The notes beneath the pieces are model-generated. The model saw only the letters and a list, made by a program, of their open reading frames with translations, ran no database searches and was not told the origin of the DNA. Positions 1-12,540 of a DNA stretch of 64,000 nucleotides are shown piece after piece. The stretch comes from Lama glama (taxonomy: Eukaryota). Position 1 is the first letter of the stretch. Each line of letters starts with the position of its first letter. The position numbers and the translations under genes are program-made. The stretch covers positions 44,082,001 to 44,146,000 of the forward strand of contig CM052839.1 of assembly GCA_028534125.1 (NCBI GenBank), in the 5' to 3' direction.

Positions 1-1543
1 GGGCCCAGGCTCGGGGCTCCAGTGGGTAGCCCTTGCCCTTGTGGGGGGTCTGATGTCCAGTGGGAGAGCAAATTCAACTAGCCAGATGTTGAACCACCTG
101 TTAGAGTGCGGGGGACTGGCCACATGAGAGCAATGGAGATTGAGCAGAAGACTTGGGTGTTCTGCCTTGGACAGCCCTGGCCCCTGCGCACCGTCTGCCT
201 GCCCATCTCCCTTCCAGCTGGAGGCCTGAGGCCCCAGGTCTCAGTCCGGGCCCAGCTCCGCCCTGCCCCCCAGCCGCCTGGTGTCAGCCTCTGCCGTCAT
301 GGCGCCGCACCCCTCACTCCTGGGGGACCCTTGGCATCGAATGAGCAGGTCTTGTCCTCCTCCTCCTCCGTATGACGGCCCCAGGTCTGCTCCCTCCCTC
401 TGCAGAAGCCGGGGCAGTGTTCACACTCCTGACAAGAGGAGGGAATCACGCACGTGCACGCGCGCTCACATTCACGGGGCCCGCCCCTCGCTGGCGAGTC
501 CTGCCTCATTGCTCCCAAGTAGCCGGGAAACCCCATCACCCAGTCGGCCAATGCGCAGACCACGTCCCTGGCTCCCAGCTGGGCTGTGAGGGAGAAAGGG
601 CGGGCTCAGGATGAGGGAGGAGAGGGGCCAGAGAGGCAGGAGCCTCGTGCCTCGTGCAGGGGTAGAGGGGCACCCGGGCTCCAGGGTGTCGAGGACCAGG
701 ATGGGGGGAGGCAGGGCAGGGAGCCCGGGAGAGCAGGAGGGTGGAGAGCCGGGGCGGGGGGGAGAGTGTGGGGGGGCGAGGGTGAGGGCGAGGGCGCTGT
801 CAGCAGCCTCCGGAGATCAACGAACTGATAAATAATTGATTGGAACCTTCACTAACTTACATCTTCCCAGTGCCCCCTCTTCCCCACCTCCTCCATGGCC
901 CCGAGAAAGGGGGGCTCCTCTCCTATCTGCTGCCTTCCCACCCCACCCACACCTCTCCCCAGTGCCCGCTTCCCTGGGTCCCGTTCTGGCAGAGTGACAG
1001 CTGCCAGTCACCCTCAATATATGGTTCAGGGGCTGCAGCCCGGAGCCCAGACTGTCAGGGGCGCCTGCGACCCAGTCGGGGGACCCGGCGTGTGTTTGGG
1101 GTCCTGAGTGCCTGGGTCTGGAGGGCTCTAGGCGGGCAGGAGGCAGCTGTGAGACAGGACATCGAGGGACAGCTGTGACATGAAAATAAAGTCGGCACAT
1201 ATGAGCACATGGTACTCCCTGCTCCGCAGACGTTAACTTGGTTAATCCCCTCCCACCTACAAGGGGACCCTACTTACTTCCTGTCAAACGCCGCCACGTC
1301 TGGGTGACCCTGGGCACAGCCTGACCTCTCGGTGTGCCAAAGGGGGCCGCGACTCATCTGCCTGGAGGCAGGGGCTGGGCGGGGGGACCCTCCCCCCATC
1401 AAGATCTGGAGCTAAGACCCTCCAAGTGTCTCTGCCCGCATCACCAGCCCAGTGGATGTGGCTGTGAGGGTGTCCCGCCTGAATTCGCTGCCTGAATTCC
1501 TGCGTCTCACGGCCAGCGACTCCCATCTTCTGGGGTGAGGGTC

Positions 1544-1545
<2 letters not shown>

Positions 1546-1630
<85 letters not shown>
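1546..1630. repeat. (GT)n microsatellite, ~42 units, uninterrupted
   Basis: Perfect gtgtgt... run read directly from the sequence. Confidence 0.99.
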
Positions 1631-1632
<2 letters not shown>

Positions 1633-3694
1633 ATGTGCTGGCAGGATGCTCTGCGATCAGAGTGATGGAGGGAAGGGAAGGGAAGAGAGGAAGTGGCGAA
1701 AGACAGAGCCCCCCCCAGCCCCTCTCTGAGCTCCCCCCTGCGCACAGCCACTCCACAACAATTAGGCTAATTGCCTCTCAGACTCCTCGCCCCCAGAGGG
1801 AGGGCGCCGCAGGCCCCTGGTCCACGGGCCAGGCTGCAGAGTGAAGGGAGGCTGGCGGCAAAGGCTGGGCATCCAGCCATTTCTCCACCACCTCTGGGCA
1901 AAGCTGGCTCCCAGACAGGGCGGAGGAGGGGCGCACGGCAGAACCGTGGGCCCCGAGGACCAAACAGTCAGGAGGGTGATCTGCTGTCCTGCCTGACAAG
2001 GCTCCCCTGCCCTGAGAGGGGAGCAGACGGCCACCCTCACAGCCACACCCCCGGCACCGATCTTTACCCAAATCGCCAGCATCTGTCGAGCCTCCTCTGC
2101 CTGGCACAGGGACACACAGGAGGTGAACAGGGCATTTGCGCCGTGCCGTGCCAGAAGGGCCTGCCCTCGGGCCCCTGCAAACTCGGCCGAGGCAGGTCTC
2201 ACGAGCTGCATTTCACAGAGGGGGCCAGGGAGTTAGCAGAAAAGCTGCCCCCAGGGTCTGAGGCACTCCTCTTCCTGCCGGCATGCACTATGCTCGTGGC
2301 ATGGATACGGTCCTCACACAGAGGAGGAGGGCCCGGGGCTGGGCCCTGGACGTCACCGCACATGCTCCCATGGATGGAATCAGGACAGAGGGATAGATGT
2401 CAAATTCCTAAGCCCGGAGCAGGGGCCAGGCCAGAGCCTTCATGTGGCGTGTGACAGTTCACTGGGCCAGCAGAACAGGAGGGTCAGTTTCCAGAAGATG
2501 CCAGTCCAGAGAGGCCCCTGTGAGCATCCCTGATCTGTCCTCCGCCTCCCCCGTTCTGTGCGCATCACTTTCGGAAGGGGAGGCAGCCGGCCTGGGGGCT
2601 GACTGTCCGCAGGCAGGACACGTGGGTTCAAGTTCCCCAGTGACGGCTGAGCCAGGGGATCTCATGTCTCTGACTTCCAGCTGAAAGCAAGGTGGTCCTG
2701 CCCTCCCAATCCCAAGGCATGCATGTGGGAGGCTGTGGCCCAAATCTCTGAAGGCCAGGGAGTCTGCATCCCGGGCAAATCCGAGACTCCTTCAATCCCC
2801 GAGTCTCAGACGGGGGTGACCGCAGGTGACACCCGACCCGGCCAGGCAAAGTGACTCTCATCTCTGTGCTCCCACCAGCGCCCCGCCCGCCCTGCTGGAG
2901 AGAGTCCAGTGATGCATGGCTGCTGCTGTCGTGGACGCCGCTTCCCTCTGGGAGCCGCTCTGCCAGGCAGGGCTGGTGTTCTTGTGTTTGCTAGCAGGGG
3001 TGACAGCAGTGGTGTTTGTGAGCCCACTCGATGAATAAGCACTGGGCACCCACCAGGCCCAGGCTCTAGGTGTCTGGGGTGCACTGGCCAGCAGAGCCCT
3101 GCCGCAGGACCAGACACCTGGGGGAGGCCCCAAGAGCATCAGCTAAATCTGAATTGCGGGACGTGACTTCTGTGGGACAGCCACTTAATCTTCCCGCTGT
3201 GTTCAGCTCAGGCTAACATTCGAATTTCCTAAGTGGCCAACCAACAGCGGGGGAAGGCCAGGTCCTCCCCAGTGGAGGGTGAGTCCCGGAGGCCTCCTTT
3301 TGAGATCCTTCCTGCCCGCTTCCAGCCCGCCACCCCAGAAGGATGCACGGCAGAGATCTCCCCCTCCTGGAGTCTCATGTCTTCCTTCCAAGAGTTCTTC
3401 AAGACGTCCTCCCAGGGGCGGGCAGGGCGGGCAGGTCCCTGCAGGCCAGCATTTTAAGGCAGAGACTTTGGAGCGTGGTCTTTGCAAGCAGGGCTGCTGG
3501 TGCAAATGCCTCAGGGCAGGGCGGGGCTGCCACCCGGCGCAGGTCACTGCCTTAGCACCTGAGCCCACCTGAACATTCGGGAACCTCAGCAGTGGAGGGT
3601 GGAGCTCAGAACATGAACCCCGCACCCACCAAGGGCAAGGTCCCCAGCGCCTGACACAGCCCCCCAGGTGTATAGCCTGCAGTAGTGACAGCCC

Positions 3695-3892
3695 TTGGCT
3701 GAGAGCTTTCAAAAGCCTACCACCGTGTTGAGCAACAAAAAGGCGTTTGTTCACGTAATCGTCAAACAACCCGAGAACCAGCACCCTCTGCGCAAGGAGA
3801 GAAGCTCGGGACCGGAAGTCCCTGGCCCATGGGCACACGGCTGGGACGTGGCCGACCTGGGATGTGAACCCAGGGCTGTCTGACCCTGGAAT
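3695..3892 (-). mobile_element. MIR SINE, diverged
   Basis: '...ggcccatgggcacacggctgggacgtggccgacctgggatgtgaacccagggctgtctgacc' follows the reverse-complement MIR core (gcccaaggtcacacagctag...gggattcgaacccaggtctgtctgac). Confidence 0.75.
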
Positions 3893-5319
3893 CAGCGGAC
3901 GCTGCCTGGCAGGTACGGACTCCTGTCCAAATGCCTGGGGGGGGGTGGGCAGCAGCAGCCGAACACCCTCACCTCCCTTCCCCAGGTCCCCAGGGCTCTG
4001 CTGAGCAGGCTGTGCCGGCGGCTTCACAGAATTCCTTCTAACCTACGTGCCCACATCTCCTCCAGGGTTCAGAGAACAGGCTGACCTGGGCACCCCCTCC
4101 TCTCCCTGCCGTGGCGGGAGGGCGGGGTCTGTGGGGAAAAGCCCAGCTTTGCGGCAGCTGCAGATTTCCGTGGCGTAAGTAACCCCACTCCACCAATTTC
4201 AAGTTACCAGTACAGAGCTGGGAGGGTTGTGCACGATCTGGGGCTGGAGTGGGGGTGCCGACCCCGCCAGGCTCCAATTCACCTACCTCCTCCAGGCAAC
4301 CAGAGGACGGGGAAGGTAGGCACGAAGGGGGCTTGGGGGAGGATGGGGCAGGGCTGCCCCACGAAAGGCAGCGGAGCGGGCTGCTTGCTGAGAGGGAGAC
4401 ACAGAGGTTCCCAGGCCCAGCGCGAGAACCCACCTGAGTGACGGCTCCTCCTGCCCCATCCAATCCACTCTGTCCCCTGGCAGCCCGTTTCATATCTTTT
4501 ATTAATAAGGGCTGTCGGTGGCTCGTCACACCCCAGGGTACTTCTGTCAGGAACCGCGGGGTCAAGTGTTCTGCCGCCGCTGGCTCTCGGGCCCCCCTCC
4601 CGCCTCCTCCGTGGGGGCCTGGTACCCAGGCTGACCTGATACACCAGACGGCGCGGGGTACACTGTGTCTCTCCTGCCCCCCAGACCTAGAGGGACTTTG
4701 GGGAGATCCAGGCAGGGCCCCTGGAGGTGAGCAGGGCAAGTTTATAGTCTGACACTGTGACCCTCCTGCCATTCCAGTTCGCAGTGAGGGGCGGGCCCGG
4801 GCTGGCTTCCCACTGCCCCTGCAACCTTCGCTCCAGAATCCTGGGTCTCCCCGGCTTTAGGTCTCCTTCACCTCTGGTCCAGAAACCCACATCTTCCCAG
4901 CAGGGCCTCACGCCCCTTCTGATTGGCGGCTGCCGGGGGTCACAGGATGGCGGGGGCCAGGGGCAGGATGGGCGGGGGGCTAGGTCACCCTGGCAAAGGG
5001 CAGGCCTTGATCGTGGGGCCCTGCTCTTCACAGGGAGCACATGCAGGGCATGAGCCTGGGCCCCCCCCGCCCCGAGCCCCCAGCACGGGGCCAGTCTCCC
5101 GACATGGCTCCACAGGGTGCCCTTGGCACCCTGCCCTCTGCCCAGGTTTGGTGGTAGGCGGACCCCTGCCGCACTCGAGTCTCCCTGCCCGCGGCCTGTT
5201 TCTGCACCTGCACCTTGAAGTGCTGGCCCAGAGCCGCGTGGCTCCAGCACGAGATGCACGGAATTGGCTCAGCGCCTGCGCCGCGACGCGGTTGTGCTCT
5301 GTGCGTGCAATGTGTGCGA

Positions 5320-5775
5320 CGTGGGCAAAGAGCTCAGGGCACCTGTGGTCTTGGACCAAAAAGCGCCCTACATCCCCATCTTACTGTCCTCCAGCTGAGA
5401 TGCTGGCGCCACGAACGTGGCTGCAAACCCAGGCCGCGGTGAGCACCACCCGAGGCCCCGTCACCAACAGAAAGCACAGTCCGTCCCACCGCGCGGAGGC
5501 GCACCCCCACTCCTCACCCAGTTCATACCCCTCCCAACTCCAAAACCAGGGTGTGAGCAGACGGGACCCAGGGCCTCGTGCTTTCACACATTTGTGAAGG
5601 TGCCCCAGGTGACGATTTTACATGTCTCTCTCTTTCAATAAGTTAACTTCAATAGAACTGTTTCTTTTGTACTCCAACGTGTTATATGCAGCTAAGGCCA
5701 TTTTCTGAGGAGGGGTCCATGGGCCCCATCAGATGCTAAGGGGGTTCAAGGCACAAGAAACCGTAAGAACCTTTG
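5320..5775. mobile_element. Non-autonomous hAT-Charlie DNA transposon (MER113/Charlie4-like; subfamily uncertain)
   Basis: The end 'cattttctgaggaggggtccatggg...catcagatgctaagggggttcaaggcacaagaaaccgtaagaacctttg' and the internal 'gtcaccaacagaaagcacag' match a remembered hAT-Charlie consensus collinearly. Confidence 0.65.
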
Positions 5776-7370
5776 GCCCGGTGGACCCCAGGGGCCTTCC
5801 CGCTCTACTGACTGAGAGATGGCACCCCCACCCCCCCAGAATGGAGCCCCGCCACCCGCCGGAGCCTGCCGCTGGTCTCTCAGCCCAGACTCAGCTCCTT
5901 CCTGCGTCAAGTCGGGCCCAGATCTCAGCTGAAAGCCCCGGGGAGGGGATGGGTTTTTTTGCGATTAAGCCGTAATTCCCTCCAAGCTCCCTGCATACAA
6001 ATCATAAATAACGTGGCCCCATAAATCCCCCTCTCCCATCAGCTTCACCTCCACCCTGCTCTTTGTCCTGCCTGGGGAGATCAGCCAGGAGCCGGCAGCC
6101 AAGCGTCTGCTGGATGGGCCCAGGAAGGCAGGGCTGGGGTGGGGGGTGCTGCCAATCAAGACCACCAGCAGGTCCCAGCTCCTGGGGTCCCTGCTGAGCT
6201 CGAGACTGCTGAGCCAGGCAGGGACCTCGGGGGCTGCGGTCAGCCACTGGCACCGAGCCCAGGTGGGGTCTCTGCAGGAGGGCAGGAGGTCGGGGTCAGC
6301 AGGGGAGCTGGGTGAACCAGGGCCGGTCGCTGCCCCCTGATGAGTGGTGGTCCTCACCCCATTTCATGAATCCCCTGGGTGCTGTCCCGCCCGGATCTGT
6401 AGCTCTGTGTGCATGTGTGTCCACACGCGTGTGCAGCTGTCATGAAGAACCAGCACCAGGCCTGGGCTGCTCGCCTCTGGGGACAGGCAGGCCGTGGTTA
6501 ACAGAGAAGGGCGCCTGTCCAGGGAGGTGGGAGCCAGTGGGGGCAGAACTGGGGGTGGGGCGAGGCCTGCCACCTGATGGGCCCAGCGCCTCGAGGCCAC
6601 ACCCTCCTCTCCCTGCTCCCCACCAGAGCACTGGGGTGGGGGAGGGAGGGGGCTGCCCAGTTGCCCCCACGCGGTGGGAAAGCCCCCCAAGCGTCTTTCG
6701 CCGGCTGCTCACTGGCCTCCCTCTGGGACGAGCTCCCTCTGGGACGAGGACAGTCGGGAGCGCTGCGAGCAGACACCCTCCGCTCCAAGAGGCCAGGGAG
6801 GTGCCTGGAAAAGCTGGGGACCCTCTTGGGACCAGACCAGCCGCAAAGTGAGAGAAACAAGGGCCGGGAGGCGAGTGCCAGCCGCTCGGAGGCGTCGTGA
6901 CCAGGGACGAGCCCACCACCCGCCTCTCCCTCTCACAGGCGACTGCAGTGAGGCTCCTGGGGGCCGAGCACCTCGCCTGAGGCCGTGCAGGTGGGGATGG
7001 GGCCAGGCGGGCTGGGGGGCGCTCGGGGGATGGGCAGCCCGAGGCCTTCTTCCCACCCTCAGAGCCCGTCTGCTTCAGGGAGGAGGAGGCGCTCACAGTG
7101 GCCTCGTGTCCCTGCCCACGGGAGCCCAGGGCTGGACCAGCGTGAAGCATGGGTGGCTGAGCCGTCTGTCCCTCGCTCTGTGGGGCCGGGGAGCAAAGGC
7201 TCTGAGAGGCCCCTAGGCTACCGAGGGCGAGGCTGGTGGGAGCAGCCAGAGGACGATGTCGGGTAAGCATGTAGGGAGGGGGAGGAGATGAGGGGAGGGT
7301 CCCTGACTCACCTGCCAGCTCCCTGCAGTGCCCACATGCCTCCCACTCAATTTGTACCTTCACTGCCCTA

Positions 7371-7485
7371 CTCATCAACAGTCAACAACTGTTTGCTAAG
7401 CACCTCCGGAGTTTGCTGAGCGCCTCCTGTGTCTGGAGATACCAGCGTGAAAAACACCGCCCCAGCGCTGTGCTCATGGACAGGC
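7371..7485 (-). mobile_element. L2 LINE 3' end fragment
   Basis: 'tcaacaactgtttgctaagcacct...tgctgagcgcctcctgtgt...ctggagataccagcgtgaaaaac' resembles the reverse-complement L2 tail. Confidence 0.55.
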
Positions 7486-9639
7486 TTTGTGCAGAGATTC
7501 TCATCTGTGATCCAGGCCTCCTCCCTCCTCCAACCCTACCCCTGGCTGGAAGTGCTCAAACACCTCCTCTGGGAAGCCTTCCTGGCTATTCCCACTCCCC
7601 ACGATCTCTATTTTGCTTAGTCCCTCCTCCATCCTTCCGCGAGGCTCAATGAGATGCTGCTGTGAATTACAAGTCGGCGAGCACATGTGGCATCTTCATG
7701 GACCTGCGAGAGTGGATGGTGGACACCAGGCTCCTACCCAGTGGGACAGAGAGGAAGTTTCCTTCCAGGGCCTTGTGAGGACAGAGCTACAGGCAGCTGT
7801 CAAGGGGACCCCAGAAGGAAAGGCACCATGGAGAACCCAGCCATCCCAACCACGAATATTAGAGAGCAGCCTGAGGGCCGCCCTCCCCCGGGGGTCTGGG
7901 ACAGCTACCTCTGCAGCCGCAGGACGAGCCCGCTGCATCCACAGCGGCAAACTCGTATCTGTTTCCTGCGTACTCAGTAAGGAATAGCATTATTAATGGC
8001 CCGTGGTCTTCATTTGGCAAGTGGAACAGGATATTAAGCAGGGTGCCCAGAACGTGAGGTGGGTAGGGGTGGTGAGAGAGCCGGGTGGGGGCAGGACCCA
8101 CCCTTGGGTGCAGCCCAAGGTCTGCCCGCCGCAGCCTCAGGTCCCAGATGTCCCCTCCTCCCTCCCACCGCGCCTTTCTCCTAGTTGCTGTGAGCCCTGG
8201 AAGGGCAGACTCATATGAAAATTCACAAAATTTAATTAGGAAAGTAAATTTCCTGGCAACAAAGATTACATAGTGTGTCCCACAGTCAAACACCCGCCGG
8301 GGGATCTGGGTGGAGAATCACGGATTCATTCAGAAGGCCCCTCATCACAGCAGGAATAGTGCTTCCAACGGGGGAGTCCAGGCAGAGGGCTGGGCCCCTG
8401 TTACAGGCCTCGCTGGAAGGGTGCTCCCCGGCACTGAGGAGACCCCACCCTGCACCACTGTGACTGAACTTTCCAGGCAGCCAGGCCTCCACCTCTCAGC
8501 CAAGCTCTGTCCACTGGGGCAGCCAGGCCTAGCGCTGCCCGGGCAGGGGGAGGCGGGGAAGGTGCTGGGCAGCGCGGTGGAACTCCCCGGGCCATGCAGT
8601 CAGGACCGCGAATGTGGGGAGGTGGCCCACCCGTCGTGTGTGCCCTCAAACAGCCTGTCCCAGGTGGGGGCCGTCCTCTCAGAGCCTTAAACCCCGAATG
8701 GACAATTCTCTAAACACACTTTAAAAGCAGGGCCTGCCCAGGGGCCCAGGGCACTGAGTGGTCTGGGTGACGCACACGCAGCCACAGGCCCCTGAGCTCA
8801 CCTGTCCAGCCTCCTCCAGGTCTCACGGGGACCCAGCCTCCCTTCATTTAGAGATGCTGCACGTTCTGGTCTGAATGTCCGGCTCTCAGCCCCCAGGGGC
8901 TCACCCTGACATATGCCCGCATTCACATACGTGTTCTCTCAGCTTACACGACAGTTCTTGTGCACATACACTCGCGCTCGCCCACACACACACACACGCC
9001 ATGCGCTCACGCCGTCCCTCATGTGTGTTTACACATACAGCCTGGAGCAGATGTCTCGGCCTCGGCAAGAAGGGCCATCCTGTGCACTGCAGGGGGCTTG
9101 GCAGCATCCCTGGGCTCCACCTGCTTGATCCAGCCATGCCCCCACCGCTGTCTCCCGACACGGCCACACGTCCCCAGGCAGGGACAAGACCAGCCTCAGT
9201 CGAGCACCTTTGACCCAGATGCCCCTTGCACCACCCGGTCACCCGAACAGGCCTCCGCGCGGCCGTGCGCACAGCTGGCCCGGGAGCACCTCGTCTCCCT
9301 GGGGCCCTGGCGCCGGGCCTGGCCCGCGGGCGGGCGGAGGAGGCAGGCCGGCTCCGTCCCCCGTTCGGCGCCTGGCTCCTGGAAGAGGCAAGCGTGGATC
9401 TAATCTTCAGCTGATTAAATGTCCCTCATTAATGAGTTTCTTTAATTAATGAAGTTTTTGGGTCTGCTCCACTTGCTTTATTCCAGTCACANNNNNNNNN
9501 NNNNNNNNNNNNNNNNNNNNNNNNNNNNNNNNNNNNNNNNNNNNNNNNNNNNNNNNNNNNNNNNNNNNNNNNNNNNNNNNNNNNNNNNNNNNNNNNNNNN
9601 NNNNNNNNNNNNNNNNNNNNNNNNNNNNNNCAGAAGCCA

Positions 9640-10000
9640 TGTGCACATGCGTGCCTGCGCACCCAGACGGGGGCGCGGCCCTGGCACCCCCGCCACAGTC
9701 GGGCACACGCATGCCCAGCACACACCCGGGTCCCAACGCCCGGGCACCCAGTGGTGCACAGGGCAGAGTGTGTGCAAGGCCCACTCCCTGCCCTCACGTG
9801 CAGACGGTGCACGGGTACACTGAGCACACCTGTGTGCCATGTGTCACACAGCGTGCACACTCACTCCCGAGCTCACACACATCCACACGCCATGTCACAC
9901 CGTGTCCAGGTACTCCATGCACCCACACAGCATGTGCCACCACAGTCCTGCCTCGGGGATGCTCATACCAGTGTCCATGCTCAGGCCTCCCATGGACACG
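9640..10000. repeat. Degenerate (CA/CACG)-rich low-complexity tract
   Basis: Dense cacac/gcacac/tgtgc motifs right of gap 9492-9630; similar tracts at ~8960-9040 and ~32080-32210. Confidence 0.6.
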
Positions 10001-10609
10001 CGGCCCGGACACTCAGAGCCAGCCCAGGCCGGGAGAACACGGGAAACCACCAAGCGGGCAGACCCCGCCTGCCCTCGCCACAGAAGAGGGCTCGCCGGGG
10101 ATGCTGGCACACCAGGTGACCCTGTCCCCAGGCCGCCTACTGTCCAGTGACCCAGCTTGGCTGCCACTCAGGCCCAATGGCTGCCCACCCCGCTGTGATC
10201 AGACACCAGCTCTGGGCTCCAGGGCCTGGAAGGTTGATTTACTTCCTCTCATTGGCTCATGAAAAGCTCCTTGAATTAAAAACATTTATCTTCTGCTGCT
10301 GACGAGGACGCTGGACTCTACCCACGAGGCTGCACAGTCTGGGGTCCCTGCTCTGCAGCCGTGGGGGGAGGGGGTTGAGCTGCTCTCCTGACTCCCACGA
10401 GGGAGGGACGGGATGGGACAATCCTTTAGGGCCAGGCCTCGGCCCCGACACCCAGGTCAGAGCGGCAGACCCTCCCGAAAGGCAGAAGCAGGACCTTCAA
10501 GCACCAGGACCCAGCCTGGGCACGACAGGGCGTCGGCAGTGACGACACTGAAGGGACAGTCACACTGCCTGTGTCCGGTGAGGATGTCCCACTGACTCGC
10601 TATCCCCGT

Positions 10610-11240
10610 CGGGCCAGGTGGGTGTGGTTATCCCCATAATACCGGCGGGGAAACTGAGGCCAAGAGAAGCAAGGAAAGGTCTCATAAGCCCCTACTGGCA
10701 AGTGATGGGCGGGCTCCGAGCGCAGCTCCGCCTGGCGCCCCGCCCACCCTCCCTGAGTTCCGCGTCCCTCCCAGGCTGCTCACCTGGGGCCTCCCCAGAG
10801 CGTCTTGGCTTCCCCGAGGGCAGCTAAGCCCCCCCCAGCCCTGGTGGCTCCTCAAGCCCACTTGCCCCTCCCTTCGCAGGCGCCCCCCCCCCCACACCTG
10901 CGAGGCAGCTGCCGTTGTCTCCATTTCACAGATGAGGAGAGCGAGGCTCGGGGACTTTACGGGACTTGCCCGGGGTCATGCAGCCGGTACGCGACACGGC
11001 CTCCAGTCTCTGAGCCCAAGCCGAGGTGGCGCCCGCCACACACCTGCATCTCTGGACACCGTGTGGACCAGCGGCGGTGGAGCGCAGACCAGTGTGTGCT
11101 GGGCACATGCCACGTGCTGGCTCTGTCCCCTAGGTTAGCTGCAAAGCTCACGACAGCGCTGGGAGTGTCAGAGTCCTCGTTTTGCACACGGGGAAAGCCT
11201 GGCTCAAAGGGACCGGACTGAGGTCCTACAGCTCAGAGAG
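10610..11240 (-). mobile_element. Cluster of three MIR fragments (~10610-10740, ~10912-11022, ~11090-11240)
   Basis: Cores 'ttatccccata...ggggaaactgaggcc', 'ctccatttcacagatgaggag...gggacttgcccggggtcatgcagc' and 'cgttttgcacacggggaaagcctggctcaaag'. Confidence 0.75.
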
Positions 11241-11273
11241 GCATGGAGAGTTAAGGCTCCGTTTTCCCTGGAC

Positions 11274-11455
11274 CGGCACTTTTCAAGGTGTGTGTGCTAT
11301 GGAACTCTGGAAAGTTCTAGAAAAGACCCCAAGAAGTTCTACAGGAAAGAGATGTGTTTAATGTCATTTCCCAAACTTCTCAAACCCAGGATTCTTTTGT
11401 TTGTTTGTTTGTTTGCCCAAGGTCTACCAGACGCCGAGGTCTTTGGGAAACAGCC
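11274..11455. mobile_element. hAT-Charlie MITE (MER103-like) containing a short (TTTG)n
   Basis: Start 'cacttttcaaggtgtgtg..tggaac', internal 'tttcccaaactt', end 'ctttgggaaaca', i.e. degenerate terminal inverted repeats. Confidence 0.55.
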
Positions 11456-11985
11456 AGACACCATGCTGGGTGGGGGTCAGAGGCGGCTGGCACCTCAAAG
11501 GGACAGCTGGTCGCTGCTGGCAGAGGCAGTGCTGAGTGCCCTTGCTGAATGATGGAAAGACCCCAGGCGTCTGGGAAGGTGGGGCTGGGGGCTGCCCCTC
11601 CTCCACACCTCCCGCCGGGAGCTGAGGGCACGGAGGGCCTTTAAAGGGCAGGGACCAAGGCAGCGAAGGAAGCGGCTGGCTTCCCAGGATCAGGTCCTGG
11701 ATGCTGCGTCAACATGGTGAGCTCCTGAGGGCCCCCTGGGGACACAGCTCTGTGCTGGGGGCGCAGGGCAAACCCCGGGGCCCAGGAGGGTGGCTCAAAG
11801 CAGCCGGGAACACAGGCAAAAACAGGGTGCCAGGCCAGAGAGGATGGGAGAAAGCTCCCAGGGCGCTGACCAAGCAGGCCGGGGGTGGGACCAGACAGGT
11901 TAAAAGACACTCTGTCCTTCCCGTGACAAGCAAGACGAATGGACGGATCTACTCCTAGCATAACTAGAATCAGTGAAAAAAGTCC

Positions 11986-12036
11986 AAACAACAACAACAA
12001 CAAAAACCCAAAAAACAAAAACACCACAAAAACCCC
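11986..12036. repeat. (AAC)n / A-rich simple repeat
   Basis: aaacaacaacaacaacaaaaacccaaaaaacaaaaac read directly. Confidence 0.9.
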
Positions 12037-12359
12037 CAGTGAATGCTTAGGTGTAGGAAACCGTGTTCCCGGCCAGCCAGGAGCTCCACCTGCTGCTGGA
12101 AGTTACCTGGAGGGCAGGGCGGAGGCGGCTGCGGACACCTGGGGAGCCCAGGGGTGTCTCCTGGGCATCCGATTCTGAACTAGCAGTTATATCACAAGCA
12201 GCCGGGGTTGGACTTACCTTTTTTAACAGTGTCTCAGAGAGAATGAATATGGGGCCTGAGGTCACACAGCAAATCAGCAGGTGAGGGTCAGGAGGCGAGG
12301 AAGATGGGGCTGGGCATTCTGAGGTCCAAATACAGCAGAACTGCAGCCACGCACCCCGG

Positions 12360-12540
12360 TCAAGCACGCCTGAGCTCCAGTGCTGAGTAGCTGAGGGTCC
12401 CTCGGCAAGTCCCTCACTTTGCCGAGGCAGGTATGAGAGCACGCCCACCTGGGAGGCTGAATGATGCTGGAGGTGTTCGTGCAGGTAAGCGGACACACAG
12501 AGCCGTGTCCAGTAAGTGCTCCAAACTGAGTAATGCTGAT
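12360..12540 (+). mobile_element. MIR SINE, diverged
   Basis: 'gagtagctgagggtccctcggcaagtccctcac...' through 'agtaagtgctccaaac' follows MIR core and 3' end order. Confidence 0.55.
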
